Source: a virus
IMG/VR virus record: IMGVR_UViG_2903617902_000001
Span: 2,255-66,254 of that record
Direction: 5' to 3' (one strand)
DNA: 64,000 nt
The notes below the pieces were generated by a model. That model saw only the letters and a list, made by a program, of their open reading frames with translations, searched no databases and was not told the DNA's origin. The position numbers and the translations under genes were made by a program. Positions 38,948 to 48,079 of the stretch are shown here, in pieces (positions within the stretch are counted from its first letter, which is position 1; each line of letters opens with the position of its first letter).

Positions 38948-39272
38948 TCGATTCCATCAATTCTTGGAATGGATTTGCATTTACATCATGTTCTGTACGC
39001 TCAACATAACCACGCTTCTTACCCTTAGTTTTCAAGAAGAAAATTAAAGAGGTAATATCGTTATTGTTAATGTGCTCAATCAGCTTTGACTCAGCGAAGT
39101 CAAGCATTGATTCATCCGCTTCCGCAAGAAGATCCTGCAAAGACTTGGACTTCTCTTTTTTTTGATAAAAAGTACGCCTCGAAATATTCAATGCTGCACA
39201 AGTTGCGGTGATATTGCAGCCTTTCTTCTTATATACCTCTGCAATTTTCTCTGCAGAAAATTTTTTCGTCAT
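38928..39272 (-). CDS. terS: Terminase small subunit
   Basis: N-terminal HTH, IFFLKTKGKKRGYVER; overlaps terL start. Confidence 0.8.
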   Translation of the reverse strand: MTKKFSAEKIAEVYKKKGCNITATCAALNISRRTFYQKKEKSKSLQDLLAEADESMLDFAESKLIEHINNNDITSLIFFLKTKGKKRGYVERTEHDVNANPFQELMESIGSDED

Positions 39273-39276
39273 AACA

Positions 39277-40143
39277 TTATATTTTTGATGCGGATGCTAT
39301 AACCATCTTTAAAGCATCCGTATATGAATAATTCTCTGATAACAATAAACATCTTGCTAAATCGCCAGTAGGACCAAGGCCAGGTATCAAATTTACATCT
39401 ATAACATACAATTTACCGTCCTTGTCACGTCTGAAATCAATTCGTGCATGATGCTTAACGCCAAGTTCCTCGAACACTCGTTCTGAAAGAGCTTTTAATT
39501 CTTTTCGTTCATCATATTCAAGTGTCACTCCACATTCAGAAAACAAGGACTTCCCTAATTGTGTCTGTATTCCACATGTACCACTACAATCGACTTCGAT
39601 AGGAAAGCAATATATATTACCACCTATATTGAAAACCGAAACAGTGTATTCTTTCCCATCAATAAAATTTTCTATAACAGCTTTACCATTACAAGTATGG
39701 TTGATTACAGCAACTTGTCTTACAACATCCTCTCTTGAAGTGCATATACTACTTTCTGTAACACCTTTACTATCGCTCCCAAAACGTGGTTTCACAAAAT
39801 ATACTATGCCATCTTTTATATTATCAAGAGAACGGTGCTGTGAAGCAAGAATACCTTTACTTAGCAGAAATCTATTCATTTGCAATTTATCATCTGCAAG
39901 GGAATATACATCAAAGTCTTCTGCTGTAGTTTTAACACCTTTCTTTCGAATTGTATCAACAAGTAGTTTGCTTGCTGTTCTAAGCAAAACAATGTCATCT
40001 TCTGAAACGAAATCAAGACTATCCGTTTCGTCGACTACAACGAGTTTGATACTCTCTCTTCCCAAAGCTTCACGATAGAACTTAAACACATTACTTGTGC
40101 CGTAGTTATCCATCTCGTCTTTACTTACTATTGACCAAACCAT
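39277..40143 (-). CDS. ATP-grasp ligase (D-Ala-D-Ala ligase-like)
   Basis: DDK, FVKPRFGSDSKGV, IENFIDGKEYTV, ARIDFR, IDVNLIPGL. Confidence 0.88.
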   Translation of the reverse strand: MVWSIVSKDEMDNYGTSNVFKFYREALGRESIKLVVVDETDSLDFVSEDDIVLLRTASKLLVDTIRKKGVKTTAEDFDVYSLADDKLQMNRFLLSKGILASQHRSLDNIKDGIVYFVKPRFGSDSKGVTESSICTSREDVVRQVAVINHTCNGKAVIENFIDGKEYTVSVFNIGGNIYCFPIEVDCSGTCGIQTQLGKSLFSECGVTLEYDERKELKALSERVFEELGVKHHARIDFRRDKDGKLYVIDVNLIPGLGPTGDLARCLLLSENYSYTDALKMVIASASKI

Positions 40144-40840
40144 TGCCTTCCTTGATTTCTGTTAAACGTTCACTTGCAAGCTCTAATAACTTTGCAAAAC
40201 TTATACTTGGGGATTTTATGTCGTATTGCTTGCCTATCTCTGTTTGCAGTTTCAAAAGTAATCTCTCGTTTTCTTTTTCATTTGCGATGATAAGAGCATC
40301 ACTTTTACTTGCCTGCTCACGAATATCCCCAAATAACTCATCTAAACTGTCAAACGAATCAGGGTACAAAACAACAGTAAAAACAAAATTTTCTTTCAAG
40401 GCAAAAACACTGATACCGTCTGTGCTTACAGGAGCAATCTCGTCGATATTTACATGGGCAAACTGTTTGAAATCAACAGACTTAATCTTACTATATAGTA
40501 TTTTCAAAATACTCTGATTATCTTCTCCATGCAAAGAGTTATGAGAAAGCTGTGTAGCAATAGCTTCATCCTGCATCAGTTCTTCCTCTGTAACATAGAG
40601 TATTCCAATACGCTTAAAGCCGACTTTTTTACATGCTCGTAGCCTGTGATGACCACTAACCATCACGAACCTACCATTACTCCTTTTATAGCAACATGGC
40701 ACGCTACTCAAGCCCGCCTTTTCTATGTTGTCACACAACTGAGCAAAGTCTTCGCCAGTCATTTCGTTTGCGTTCATATCAGCCTCGTCTATAAGGCTAA
40801 TGTCAACCTTTTCGTATTTCCACCTATTTTCCGTTTCCAT
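40121..40840 (-). CDS. ParB/Srx-like N-terminal domain protein
   Basis: NANEM...LCDNIEKAG...VSGHHRLRAC. Confidence 0.88.
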   Translation of the reverse strand: METENRWKYEKVDISLIDEADMNANEMTGEDFAQLCDNIEKAGLSSVPCCYKRSNGRFVMVSGHHRLRACKKVGFKRIGILYVTEEELMQDEAIATQLSHNSLHGEDNQSILKILYSKIKSVDFKQFAHVNIDEIAPVSTDGISVFALKENFVFTVVLYPDSFDSLDELFGDIREQASKSDALIIANEKENERLLLKLQTEIGKQYDIKSPSISFAKLLELASERLTEIKEGNGLVNSK

Positions 40841-42908
40841 TATTCAATAGTTTTTGGTATCTATCAATTACTTCCTTGTTATTTGCATACTTGCCAAGGA
40901 TTCCCTCATAAGCAAGGTATGACGAAGTGCAATGGTCTTTTACTTTAGTATATACACCTCTATATTTCATGCTAACTGGCTTGTGAGTATAAGCACAAGA
41001 AATAACCTTTTCTACGAGTTTATGCATCCTTCTGCTTAGTTCTCGTTGTACAGAATACTCTTGTATGCAGAACAATATCAACTTACTTAATCTTGGGATT
41101 GCATTGTTAGTGCAAAAATCTGTCAATTGGAATAAGTCATATCCCTTGTGTTGCGGTAACGTGAACCCGAAACCTCCAAGAGTATATTTGTCATACATGA
41201 CAACAAAGGCATAAGTACACTTGCTTACCATATCAACTTTATTGATATATTTTTTCTGCAAGCATAATAAATAATCTGGACTTACCCTTACGACTTTCAG
41301 ATTATTATGATTATTTATTTCTAAGTCATCTGGGGGAACTATCTCGTTAACCTCGATATGATTACCTTTATATGAGGTGTTAGTTTCACTTGTTCTACTC
41401 GACTTATTACAGTAGAGAAATCTACCAGCAGACCACCTATCTCCGCCCGAACTGTTAAACATTGCCAACTTATGCATATTGCTTAAAAATGGGCTATTAC
41501 TAATGAAATAAAAGTATGTTTCCTCTGGCAGACTTTCCACTAAGTTGTAATACTCGTTACGAGAAACAGAAAAATCAACATCTAAATCACTATTCTCTTG
41601 TATAAGCTTAAATGTACGTTTTTGTTTCTTATCCTTGCCATAGTTAAAGAAAATGACCTTTTTGTAGTTAATTGCATCTTGCAATGTTCCTACGTGATAT
41701 TCGCAGGTCGTTAGCATTTTAAGTAACCTTTCGTTAGCTTTCTCCGTTTTTTCGATAGATTCCTTTGCCTTAATTCTCAGAGCTTTGAAGATTGCATCAT
41801 TTCTCGCGCTTTTGCTCATAAAGAACTTTTGCAAACTTGCCGCATATAGGGCAAGGGCAAGCTGTCTTTTTGTTGTTTTATCATTGTAATCTTCAAGCCA
41901 GCCAAGTCTGTCTCTATAAGTCAGAGCCACCTTGCCATTGGCTATCAAATATAGTAAATGGCAATACGGATCTTGACAATATATTGAAATATTCAGCTTC
42001 TCAAAGAAAAATAACTCATAGTAATACATAAAGCCGTTAACAATACATATATCTTTATGCCCATTCTTTTTCACAGCCTCATACAATGCCGAAGCCTGCT
42101 TGGAATTATAGGATAATGATTTTGACTGGAACGTCTCAATATTACTATAAGGGTTGCCTTGGTAAATAAGAGGTACAAGTTCTTCTGGTACGTCATATTT
42201 AAGCTTTGTTGTCACCTTAAACTCATCGTATGATGATATTTTGTTAAAATCCTGTAAATCATGATTTACAGCATAATAAAACATTCTATACACCGAGAAG
42301 ATGCAATTCAATGCTGAATAGAAATCATCTGTACCATGGAATGCTCTAAACTCTATCGTCTTAGTCTTGAAAAGAGCAGATATGTTAACTGCATGACGAA
42401 TAAATCCTTTCTTTGATTGATTAGTGAATAGCTCTCGTATATCATTAAAAGTCTGAGCATTGAGTACTCCTTGATAATACTTGTCAGTAGGAGGAGGCAT
42501 CAAAATGGAAACCATTTCATCCCATTTCGATATCTTTGCATATCTTTTAAAGTATGGATAACAAATATAAAAAAACAAGAACACTTTTCTCAATTGCTCT
42601 ACTGACAAATCCCCTGCATATATATGTACGTGAGTGTAAACAGTCCATTTAATTTTACCACCAGCTTTCGCCATTGATTCATAAACGCTGCGTAATCCAT
42701 GCAAATCCTTTAGACTACAAATGTTTAAAGGAGGGGTGTTTACCTCTCCTCCAAACTTCTTGTTTGACGAACCATCTGTGTTAACAATTTCTTCGTCCTT
42801 GCTCCACGAATACCCCTCTGGTAAAACTACCTTAGACCTATCAATATTGCACATTTCAATCTCAACACCAAAGGTTCGTGTCTTTATGTCGTTTAATGCT
42901 TCTCCCAT
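40824..42908 (-). CDS. Amidoligase fused to a C-terminal Mom-like GNAT domain
   Basis: N-term RTFGVEIE, EVNTPPL, THVHI, TIEFR (amidoligase); C-term LGGFGF...LTDF...RLSKLIL...PVSMKYRG (GNAT-like, less certain). Confidence 0.75.
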   Translation of the reverse strand: MGEALNDIKTRTFGVEIEMCNIDRSKVVLPEGYSWSKDEEIVNTDGSSNKKFGGEVNTPPLNICSLKDLHGLRSVYESMAKAGGKIKWTVYTHVHIYAGDLSVEQLRKVFLFFYICYPYFKRYAKISKWDEMVSILMPPPTDKYYQGVLNAQTFNDIRELFTNQSKKGFIRHAVNISALFKTKTIEFRAFHGTDDFYSALNCIFSVYRMFYYAVNHDLQDFNKISSYDEFKVTTKLKYDVPEELVPLIYQGNPYSNIETFQSKSLSYNSKQASALYEAVKKNGHKDICIVNGFMYYYELFFFEKLNISIYCQDPYCHLLYLIANGKVALTYRDRLGWLEDYNDKTTKRQLALALYAASLQKFFMSKSARNDAIFKALRIKAKESIEKTEKANERLLKMLTTCEYHVGTLQDAINYKKVIFFNYGKDKKQKRTFKLIQENSDLDVDFSVSRNEYYNLVESLPEETYFYFISNSPFLSNMHKLAMFNSSGGDRWSAGRFLYCNKSSRTSETNTSYKGNHIEVNEIVPPDDLEINNHNNLKVVRVSPDYLLCLQKKYINKVDMVSKCTYAFVVMYDKYTLGGFGFTLPQHKGYDLFQLTDFCTNNAIPRLSKLILFCIQEYSVQRELSRRMHKLVEKVISCAYTHKPVSMKYRGVYTKVKDHCTSSYLAYEGILGKYANNKEVIDRYQKLLNNGNGK

Positions 42909-43978
42909 CTTTGATATTTCAGGTGTTTGATGTATTGATAAGCACCGAGTTTTTCTAACGTGCGCCCTTTCACCCTAAAGTCTTCTCCCAAAGCTGCGCT
43001 TGCAATACTTATAAGAGCAGAGGTTATAGGGGACATAATATCTAATCTCAGTGCAATATCCTCCAATAGTACAAGTCCCTGCGATACGTCTTCTGTAATA
43101 TATCGTGAGTGGATAGACGTTGGGCTTATTGCTCTATCAGATGATTCTGAATACTTGAAGAAGCTCTCTAAAGGGTCTTTACCAAGAAAACCTCCAGCTT
43201 CGTATATATTTATCTTTCTTCCACCAAGAGCATCAAGGATAATCATTTTTTCCTTGTCTAATTCCTCCATGATGTTCAAAGTTGCTTTATTCTTATGTGT
43301 GTATGCCTCCCGATACATACAGAAATTACCATCGCTAAACTCTATGCGAGGGATACTCATGATAGCACCTACAGTGTGAAGTACCATATTAGGGTTAAGT
43401 AAAGCCGACTCGATAACAGTATAGTCGTCAGAGAAACCTCTATAAAGAGATTGCAGTTTCTCCATACACTCCTTTTTTCTTGTTTCGCTGAATACTGATA
43501 AAGGACTTCGTGTAAGTCGGCAACCGACCCTGAATACAACTTCATTTGCCTTATCCTCCAATTCAACACGCCCCTCCAAATATGGTCCTGTTGTTTCTGC
43601 AATCATTGGCAGTTCCAGACAATACTTCGAGAAATAGAATGAGGACATATAGCTGCATACCACGACAACCACTTGATTATTATTCAAATACTGGGCTATT
43701 TTTTTTATTAATTCTTCGTGATATGTGCTTTGTATAGTTACTATAACGACATCTGCCTTAGCGTTCTCACTTAAATCATTGGAAACATTGTTTATTGTTG
43801 TTTCCGTATATGTGTCGTTTTCTTTAAGATAAACCCGATTTTTGTTTCTTAAAAGTCTATCATATGCTTCAGACTTTATTCCTGATGTTTTAATGAGCGA
43901 AACTTTATGCCCATTAATTGATAAATCAGTAGCTATTGCTACTCCTATGTTTCCCGTCCCTATTACTGATACATTCAT
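42893..43978 (-). CDS. NAD/NADP opine (octopine/nopaline) dehydrogenase family
   Basis: GTGNIG Rossmann motif, LLNPNMVLH, SRYITEDVSQGLV, GRTLEKLG. Confidence 0.9.
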   Translation of the reverse strand: MNVSVIGTGNIGVAIATDLSINGHKVSLIKTSGIKSEAYDRLLRNKNRVYLKENDTYTETTINNVSNDLSENAKADVVIVTIQSTYHEELIKKIAQYLNNNQVVVVVCSYMSSFYFSKYCLELPMIAETTGPYLEGRVELEDKANEVVFRVGCRLTRSPLSVFSETRKKECMEKLQSLYRGFSDDYTVIESALLNPNMVLHTVGAIMSIPRIEFSDGNFCMYREAYTHKNKATLNIMEELDKEKMIILDALGGRKINIYEAGGFLGKDPLESFFKYSESSDRAISPTSIHSRYITEDVSQGLVLLEDIALRLDIMSPITSALISIASAALGEDFRVKGRTLEKLGAYQYIKHLKYQRWEKH

Positions 43979-44006
43979 AAGTTATGTATTGCTTAATACA
44001 CATTTG

Positions 44007-44080
44007 AGCGGAGAGTAGGATTTGCACCTACGACTTCAACCTTGGAAAGGATGCACTCTAACTAACTGAGCTATCTCCGC
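44007..44080 (-). tRNA. Atypical tRNA-Gly(TCC)
   Basis: GCGGAGA/TCTCCGC-T acceptor, TTTCCAA loop; D-loop lacks GG, T-loop TGCAAAT, A51-T63 pair, T:T mismatch in anticodon stem. Confidence 0.85.
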
Positions 44081-44086
44081 ATATAG

Positions 44087-44158
44087 AGCGCAAAGGTGGA
44101 ATCGAACCACCAACCTTTGTCATGGAAAGACAACACTCTACCATTGAGCTATTTGCGC
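44087..44158 (-). tRNA. tRNA-Gly(TCC)
   Basis: GCGCAAA/TTTGCGC-T acceptor, TTGTC-TTTCCAT-GACAA anticodon arm, GGTGG-TTCGATT-CCACC T-arm. Confidence 0.92.
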
Positions 44159-44162
44159 ATTA

Positions 44163-44200
44163 TCGTCTGTCCGAACGTCAAGCGTCTTTCCGCTTTGTCA
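44163..44200 (-). ncRNA. Twin-hairpin GA(A/C)AGA-loop RNA motif, copy 2
   Basis: TGACA-AAGCG-GAAAGA-CGCTT-GACGT-TCG-GACAGA-CGA. Confidence 0.65.
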
Positions 44201-44208
44201 TTATGTGG

Positions 44209-44616
44209 TTAAAAGAGTGAACCTTGTATATAATCTGGCTCTTTCTTTGGAGTATATCCATATTCTAATATTTCTATACCAAGCTTTTCTTTTATCCAGT
44301 CTGCCAATATGTGTCTATGACAGAAATCCTCTGGCTTTTCGTAACAGCAAAGAGCAACGTCTTGCCCTCCACTTGCTTGCTCTACTGTTTTTAAGAACTG
44401 CTTCATATCTTGCTGAGAAAGAACTTCCGACCTATATCGTCGTGTATATTCTTCTTGCGTTTGCCCATTTGCAAAAAGAATACTTTTCGTTGGGGCTACT
44501 TGCTTCAGAGATGTTCCATTGAACCAACGTGGCGGATAAAGTGATATTCCTATAACCTTAATTCCTGCCTGTTGCAATTTCCTGCTATTACCGAAGTATG
44601 ATGTGTATATTCTCAT
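44209..44616 (-). CDS. DUF488-like protein
   Basis: IYTSYF...ALCCYEKPEDFCHRHILA. Confidence 0.8.
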   Translation of the reverse strand: MRIYTSYFGNSRKLQQAGIKVIGISLYPPRWFNGTSLKQVAPTKSILFANGQTQEEYTRRYRSEVLSQQDMKQFLKTVEQASGGQDVALCCYEKPEDFCHRHILADWIKEKLGIEILEYGYTPKKEPDYIQGSLF

Positions 44617-44633
44617 ATTCTTGTAATTATTTG

Positions 44634-44666
44634 TAAAGATAATAATATTATTTGAAATTCAAATAA
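44634..44666 (-). promoter_or_regulatory. Promoter of modification/packaging operon with palindromic operator
   Basis: TATCTTTA (44634-44641), TTATTTGAAATTCAAATAA (44648-44666). Confidence 0.7.
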
Positions 44667-44700
44667 ATTTAGTTGAAAAAATCTGTTATTTAACTATATT

Positions 44701-44856
44701 TTAACAATTATCAGTGCACTGTTTTAGAATATCAAAGGCTTCATTTACCGATTCTGCAACATTTCTGGCTCTATCATAAGTATTCTCACAAATTGTTGAG
44801 CGGATTGCTTCACAGAACATCTTTACTTTTAGTTCAAGTTCTTTTTCTTTATCCAT
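44701..44856 (-). CDS. Small hypothetical protein (51 aa, not in ORF track)
   Basis: MDKEKELELKVKMFCEAIRS...; starts 1 nt after the upstream stop. Confidence 0.55.
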   Translation of the reverse strand: MDKEKELELKVKMFCEAIRSTICENTYDRARNVAESVNEAFDILKQCTDNC

Positions 44857-44857
44857 A

Positions 44858-46024
44858 TCATACTGCTTTATTAAATTTTCTAATTATGTTCATGTTTTTA
44901 TTTACAAGACTCACTATTTCATTATGATACTTGCTATTCTGATTACATACGCCACGAGATTGCACTAATTGATAGCGTTTCAAATCTACCTCAATAGTTT
45001 CTACTCTCTCGTCATTAACCTTTGCACTTAATAGTAATCTATCTAATCGTTTGTAATACTTATTGGTAAATACGCAATGATGCATAGCCTTGCCTTCTTG
45101 TTCTACATCTTTGACCGTCGGCAAAACTTGTATAACAACTTTGCCGTCAGAAATTACCATACACATAAAGCATTTACGTGCAATTTCGTACGTTTTTACT
45201 GCTTTCTGATCTTCGAGCAGTTCCTTTTGCTCTTTTATCTTCCTTTGCTTTTCTTCGTACTTATTGCATAAGTCCATTGCTTTATCATGACCTGCTTTCA
45301 AACTAATAGGGCAAACAAATTTAGGATTTCTAAAATCTTTGTGAGCTCTTTCAAGCATATTTACCATGTCAATCCACATACAACCATCTTTGATGTGATA
45401 ATTATGCCGTAAAACTATCTTTACAGCATCCATCTTAGAAACATCGTTATAATCTCTGTTCCATTCGTGAGCAAAAGCTTGTAAAAGAGAAAACTGTTTG
45501 CATTTCCAAAGAGTTTCAAAGATGTTATTCTTTAACAGCCCTTCTATAACGTCACGAGGTTGCATATTATGGAAACTTCCTTTTAAGCCATTACGCTTCA
45601 AGATAGGAAGCATAGAAGTAACTTTAGATGCAGATATAGGCAACATCAGCGTATAGTCATTATATGATGCAGGAGCTTGCTTTAATGATAATTCGCTATC
45701 AATTATCCAACTATCTATTCTGCCACTCATGCAAAATCTGTTCATTGCTTCTACCTCCATATGGCCGTTAGTATTAAACCATAAACGCACTGGTTCTATT
45801 ACATCATAGAGTTGCCTTTGTTTCCGTATCTGAAAGAAACGGCAAACCTGCCAATCCTTTACTCGAGAGGATACGACAAAGTATCGATACATAGTCTTCT
45901 TGTAGGTACGTTCCTTTTCCGTGTAGGAATGAGTAATACCCCACTCCTTTTGTTTGTCCGTAATAGGGGAGAGTATGCCGCTAAGGGCTACAACTTCCCT
46001 TTGTATCTTATTTCTTGGCTTCAT
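44858..46024 (-). CDS. PcfJ-like protein
   Basis: EGKAMHHCV...ETIEV...VQSRGVCN. Confidence 0.85.
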   Translation of the reverse strand: MKPRNKIQREVVALSGILSPITDKQKEWGITHSYTEKERTYKKTMYRYFVVSSRVKDWQVCRFFQIRKQRQLYDVIEPVRLWFNTNGHMEVEAMNRFCMSGRIDSWIIDSELSLKQAPASYNDYTLMLPISASKVTSMLPILKRNGLKGSFHNMQPRDVIEGLLKNNIFETLWKCKQFSLLQAFAHEWNRDYNDVSKMDAVKIVLRHNYHIKDGCMWIDMVNMLERAHKDFRNPKFVCPISLKAGHDKAMDLCNKYEEKQRKIKEQKELLEDQKAVKTYEIARKCFMCMVISDGKVVIQVLPTVKDVEQEGKAMHHCVFTNKYYKRLDRLLLSAKVNDERVETIEVDLKRYQLVQSRGVCNQNSKYHNEIVSLVNKNMNIIRKFNKAV

Positions 46025-46027
46025 AGG

Positions 46028-46435
46028 TCAAAAAAGTGATTGTGCAACAACTTTTTGTTCAGCTTTCTTCTTTGGTTTCAAGCTCTCACGTTGCTTGGTA
46101 AGTTGTTCGGTATAGAAGTCGTTACGAGCCTTGTCTTTCAGCTCTTGTTTCTCCTTTTCCGTGAGTTCTACGACGTGGTTAACGACAACTTTGCAGTTAA
46201 TCTTCTTACCAGCATCAAGGTTGTCCTCATCAAAATAGTGAACAGCCATTCCGTAGATTTCATCATCATCAAAGCCGTTACAACCACTGCGCTGAACTTC
46301 GTTAAGAATGTATGTGATACATTCATCAATACTTTTGTTTGGCTTTGCGTATGACTTTGCAAATAACTCATCAGTCTTTGCGCGTGCTTCCAAATAATCT
46401 TGAATAGCACGCTTGAAATTATCAGTTGATTTCAT
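46028..46435 (-). CDS. PcfK-like protein (family includes AcrIIA9)
   Basis: IQDYLEARA..DELFA...KSIDECITYI...GFDDDEIYGMAVHYFDE. Confidence 0.85.
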   Translation of the reverse strand: MKSTDNFKRAIQDYLEARAKTDELFAKSYAKPNKSIDECITYILNEVQRSGCNGFDDDEIYGMAVHYFDEDNLDAGKKINCKVVVNHVVELTEKEKQELKDKARNDFYTEQLTKQRESLKPKKKAEQKVVAQSLF

Positions 46436-46437
46436 AA

Positions 46438-46794
46438 TTATTCTCTGTATGTATCGTAAATTTCTATTTTGAAGTCGTATTCAGAATAAGCACTTTCCAT
46501 AATGATAATGTCGCCATACTTTTTGAATATGCTGAGAATATCGTTAAGACTTTCAATTTCTACTTCCCAAACGCTTTCCTCTCTTTCACAATCTCTAACT
46601 ATATATCCATTTTCCTCCCTATGATTAGTTCCTGAAGATATAAACTCATTATACCAAAAATTTGTCTTAGCCTCTTCCATAGAAGACACATTTCTTCTGT
46701 CCTGATAATGCAATGTTCTATTTACAAACACAGCTTCATCAATAGGCTTTTCTTCATTTCCCAACAAACTTGTTCTTTCTACTATTACTTTCAT
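46438..46794 (-). CDS. Hypothetical protein
   Basis: WEVEIESL...IEIYDTYRE; start placed at MKVIV, coupled to upstream stop. Confidence 0.65.
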   Translation of the reverse strand: MKVIVERTSLLGNEEKPIDEAVFVNRTLHYQDRRNVSSMEEAKTNFWYNEFISSGTNHREENGYIVRDCEREESVWEVEIESLNDILSIFKKYGDIIIMESAYSEYDFKIEIYDTYRE

Positions 46795-46955
46795 ACCACT
46801 TCGATTGAATAGTCCCAAAAATCATTATCTCCTAATACGATTTCTTCGTTATCGTACATATCAAAGACTTTTATCTTCGCATCTGCTTCATTAAATGCTT
46901 TTACCTTAACCTTTCTCTGTAATGTCTCAGTAATAACTACTTCAAACTCATTCGT
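46791..46955 (-). pseudogene. DpnD/PcfM-like gene with ACG in place of the start codon
   Basis: FEVVITETLQRKVKVKA...YDNEEIVL; leader reads AGAGCA-ACG. Confidence 0.55.
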
Positions 46956-46974
46956 TGCTCTATATTTTTTTAAT

Positions 46975-47214
46975 TTACAAGAACTTAGACACATTTTTAA
47001 TTTCCTGCTGATATTCTTTACTCATTGGCGCAAATTGGAACGACTCACTTTTTAGTATTGCACTAAAAACAATCTTAGGTAATATAAAATCGTTTTCATA
47101 TTTTGACAAATCAAGACACCCACTTTCGAGAATCTTATCCAACTCCTTTTCCAAATCTTCTGAAAAAGACTTGTTTAATTCTCTGACTTTTGATAGTAAT
47201 TCCAACTTTTCCAT
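46975..47214 (-). CDS. Hypothetical protein
   Basis: AGGGCA-ATG leader. Confidence 0.65.
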   Translation of the reverse strand: MEKLELLSKVRELNKSFSEDLEKELDKILESGCLDLSKYENDFILPKIVFSAILKSESFQFAPMSKEYQQEIKNVSKFL

Positions 47215-47224
47215 TGCCCTTGTA

Positions 47225-48079
47225 CTAAATGTTATTGATGTTGCTTCTTATTTCTTCTGCCTGTGATGCAATATTGTGTAATTTTGACATTCTTGCATCA
47301 GTATCATTCACATCGAAGTCTGACCTTCTTGGCAAGAGCTTAACGAACTCAACTAAAGCTATATGCCAAGGAGCATCAGCCTTAACGTACTCGTCTTTTC
47401 TTACCAAGTATCTGCCTTTGCCGATAGAACAGATAGTGGCACAACTATCCTTTCCAATATTTACTTTTACAGAAAATTCGACTTTTTCTTCGCTTCGCTT
47501 ATAGTGGTAATCTGAAATCTGACGGAGCAGGCGTAGACGCATCCAAATACTTTCAATCAGCGGTTCTATTTCATTGAAACTGAAAGACCACATACTTCCA
47601 CAGGCGGAGCATTCTACCAACACTTTTAACTCATTTGTCTCGTTCTTTAAACCTTTCAGATATAGCGTATCTTGGTGCCCATTGTAACCCATTGAGATAA
47701 CAGTGCTATTATTGTTGATTTTGAATTGCTCCATAGGAAGACCATGTGGGCAATGAATATTTATAAGCAGCCTCATTCTCGGTTCTTTCAGTTGGATTGT
47801 GCCAGTCTGATGCATGCCTGCAATATCATCATCGCTAAACTTGCTTGTATCTATCATTAATTTCCAAGGAATGTGACCATCCTCTTGCAAAAGTGAATAG
47901 TTGTAATCGCCAGGCATAGTTCCATCTTCGTCTGGAGTAGGTATTCTCCAATAAAGGTTATCCGACATATATGGATAAGTAATTTCGCCTAACTGATCAT
48001 AACGGCATTTGAACATATCCTCGCAAGTTCCAATCTTGAACTCGGTATTATCTATCTTTCTTGTTGCATATTCACTCAT
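47225..48079 (-). CDS. Hypothetical protein
   Basis: 284-aa ORF with CPHG and CSAC motifs. Confidence 0.75.
   Translation of the reverse strand: MSEYATRKIDNTEFKIGTCEDMFKCRYDQLGEITYPYMSDNLYWRIPTPDEDGTMPGDYNYSLLQEDGHIPWKLMIDTSKFSDDDIAGMHQTGTIQLKEPRMRLLINIHCPHGLPMEQFKINNNSTVISMGYNGHQDTLYLKGLKNETNELKVLVECSACGSMWSFSFNEIEPLIESIWMRLRLLRQISDYHYKRSEEKVEFSVKVNIGKDSCATICSIGKGRYLVRKDEYVKADAPWHIALVEFVKLLPRRSDFDVNDTDARMSKLHNIASQAEEIRSNINNI

Noticed and set aside
39277..40143. ATP-grasp as a D-Ala-D-Ala ligase or vancomycin resistance gene
   Set aside because: The N-terminal Ddl motifs were not seen and there is no van context; it is embedded in the terminase operon
44830..44856. N-terminus MDKEKELEL nearly identical to MDKEKQLEL of the tail chaperone (23036)
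   Set aside because: Short low-complexity match with no further similarity
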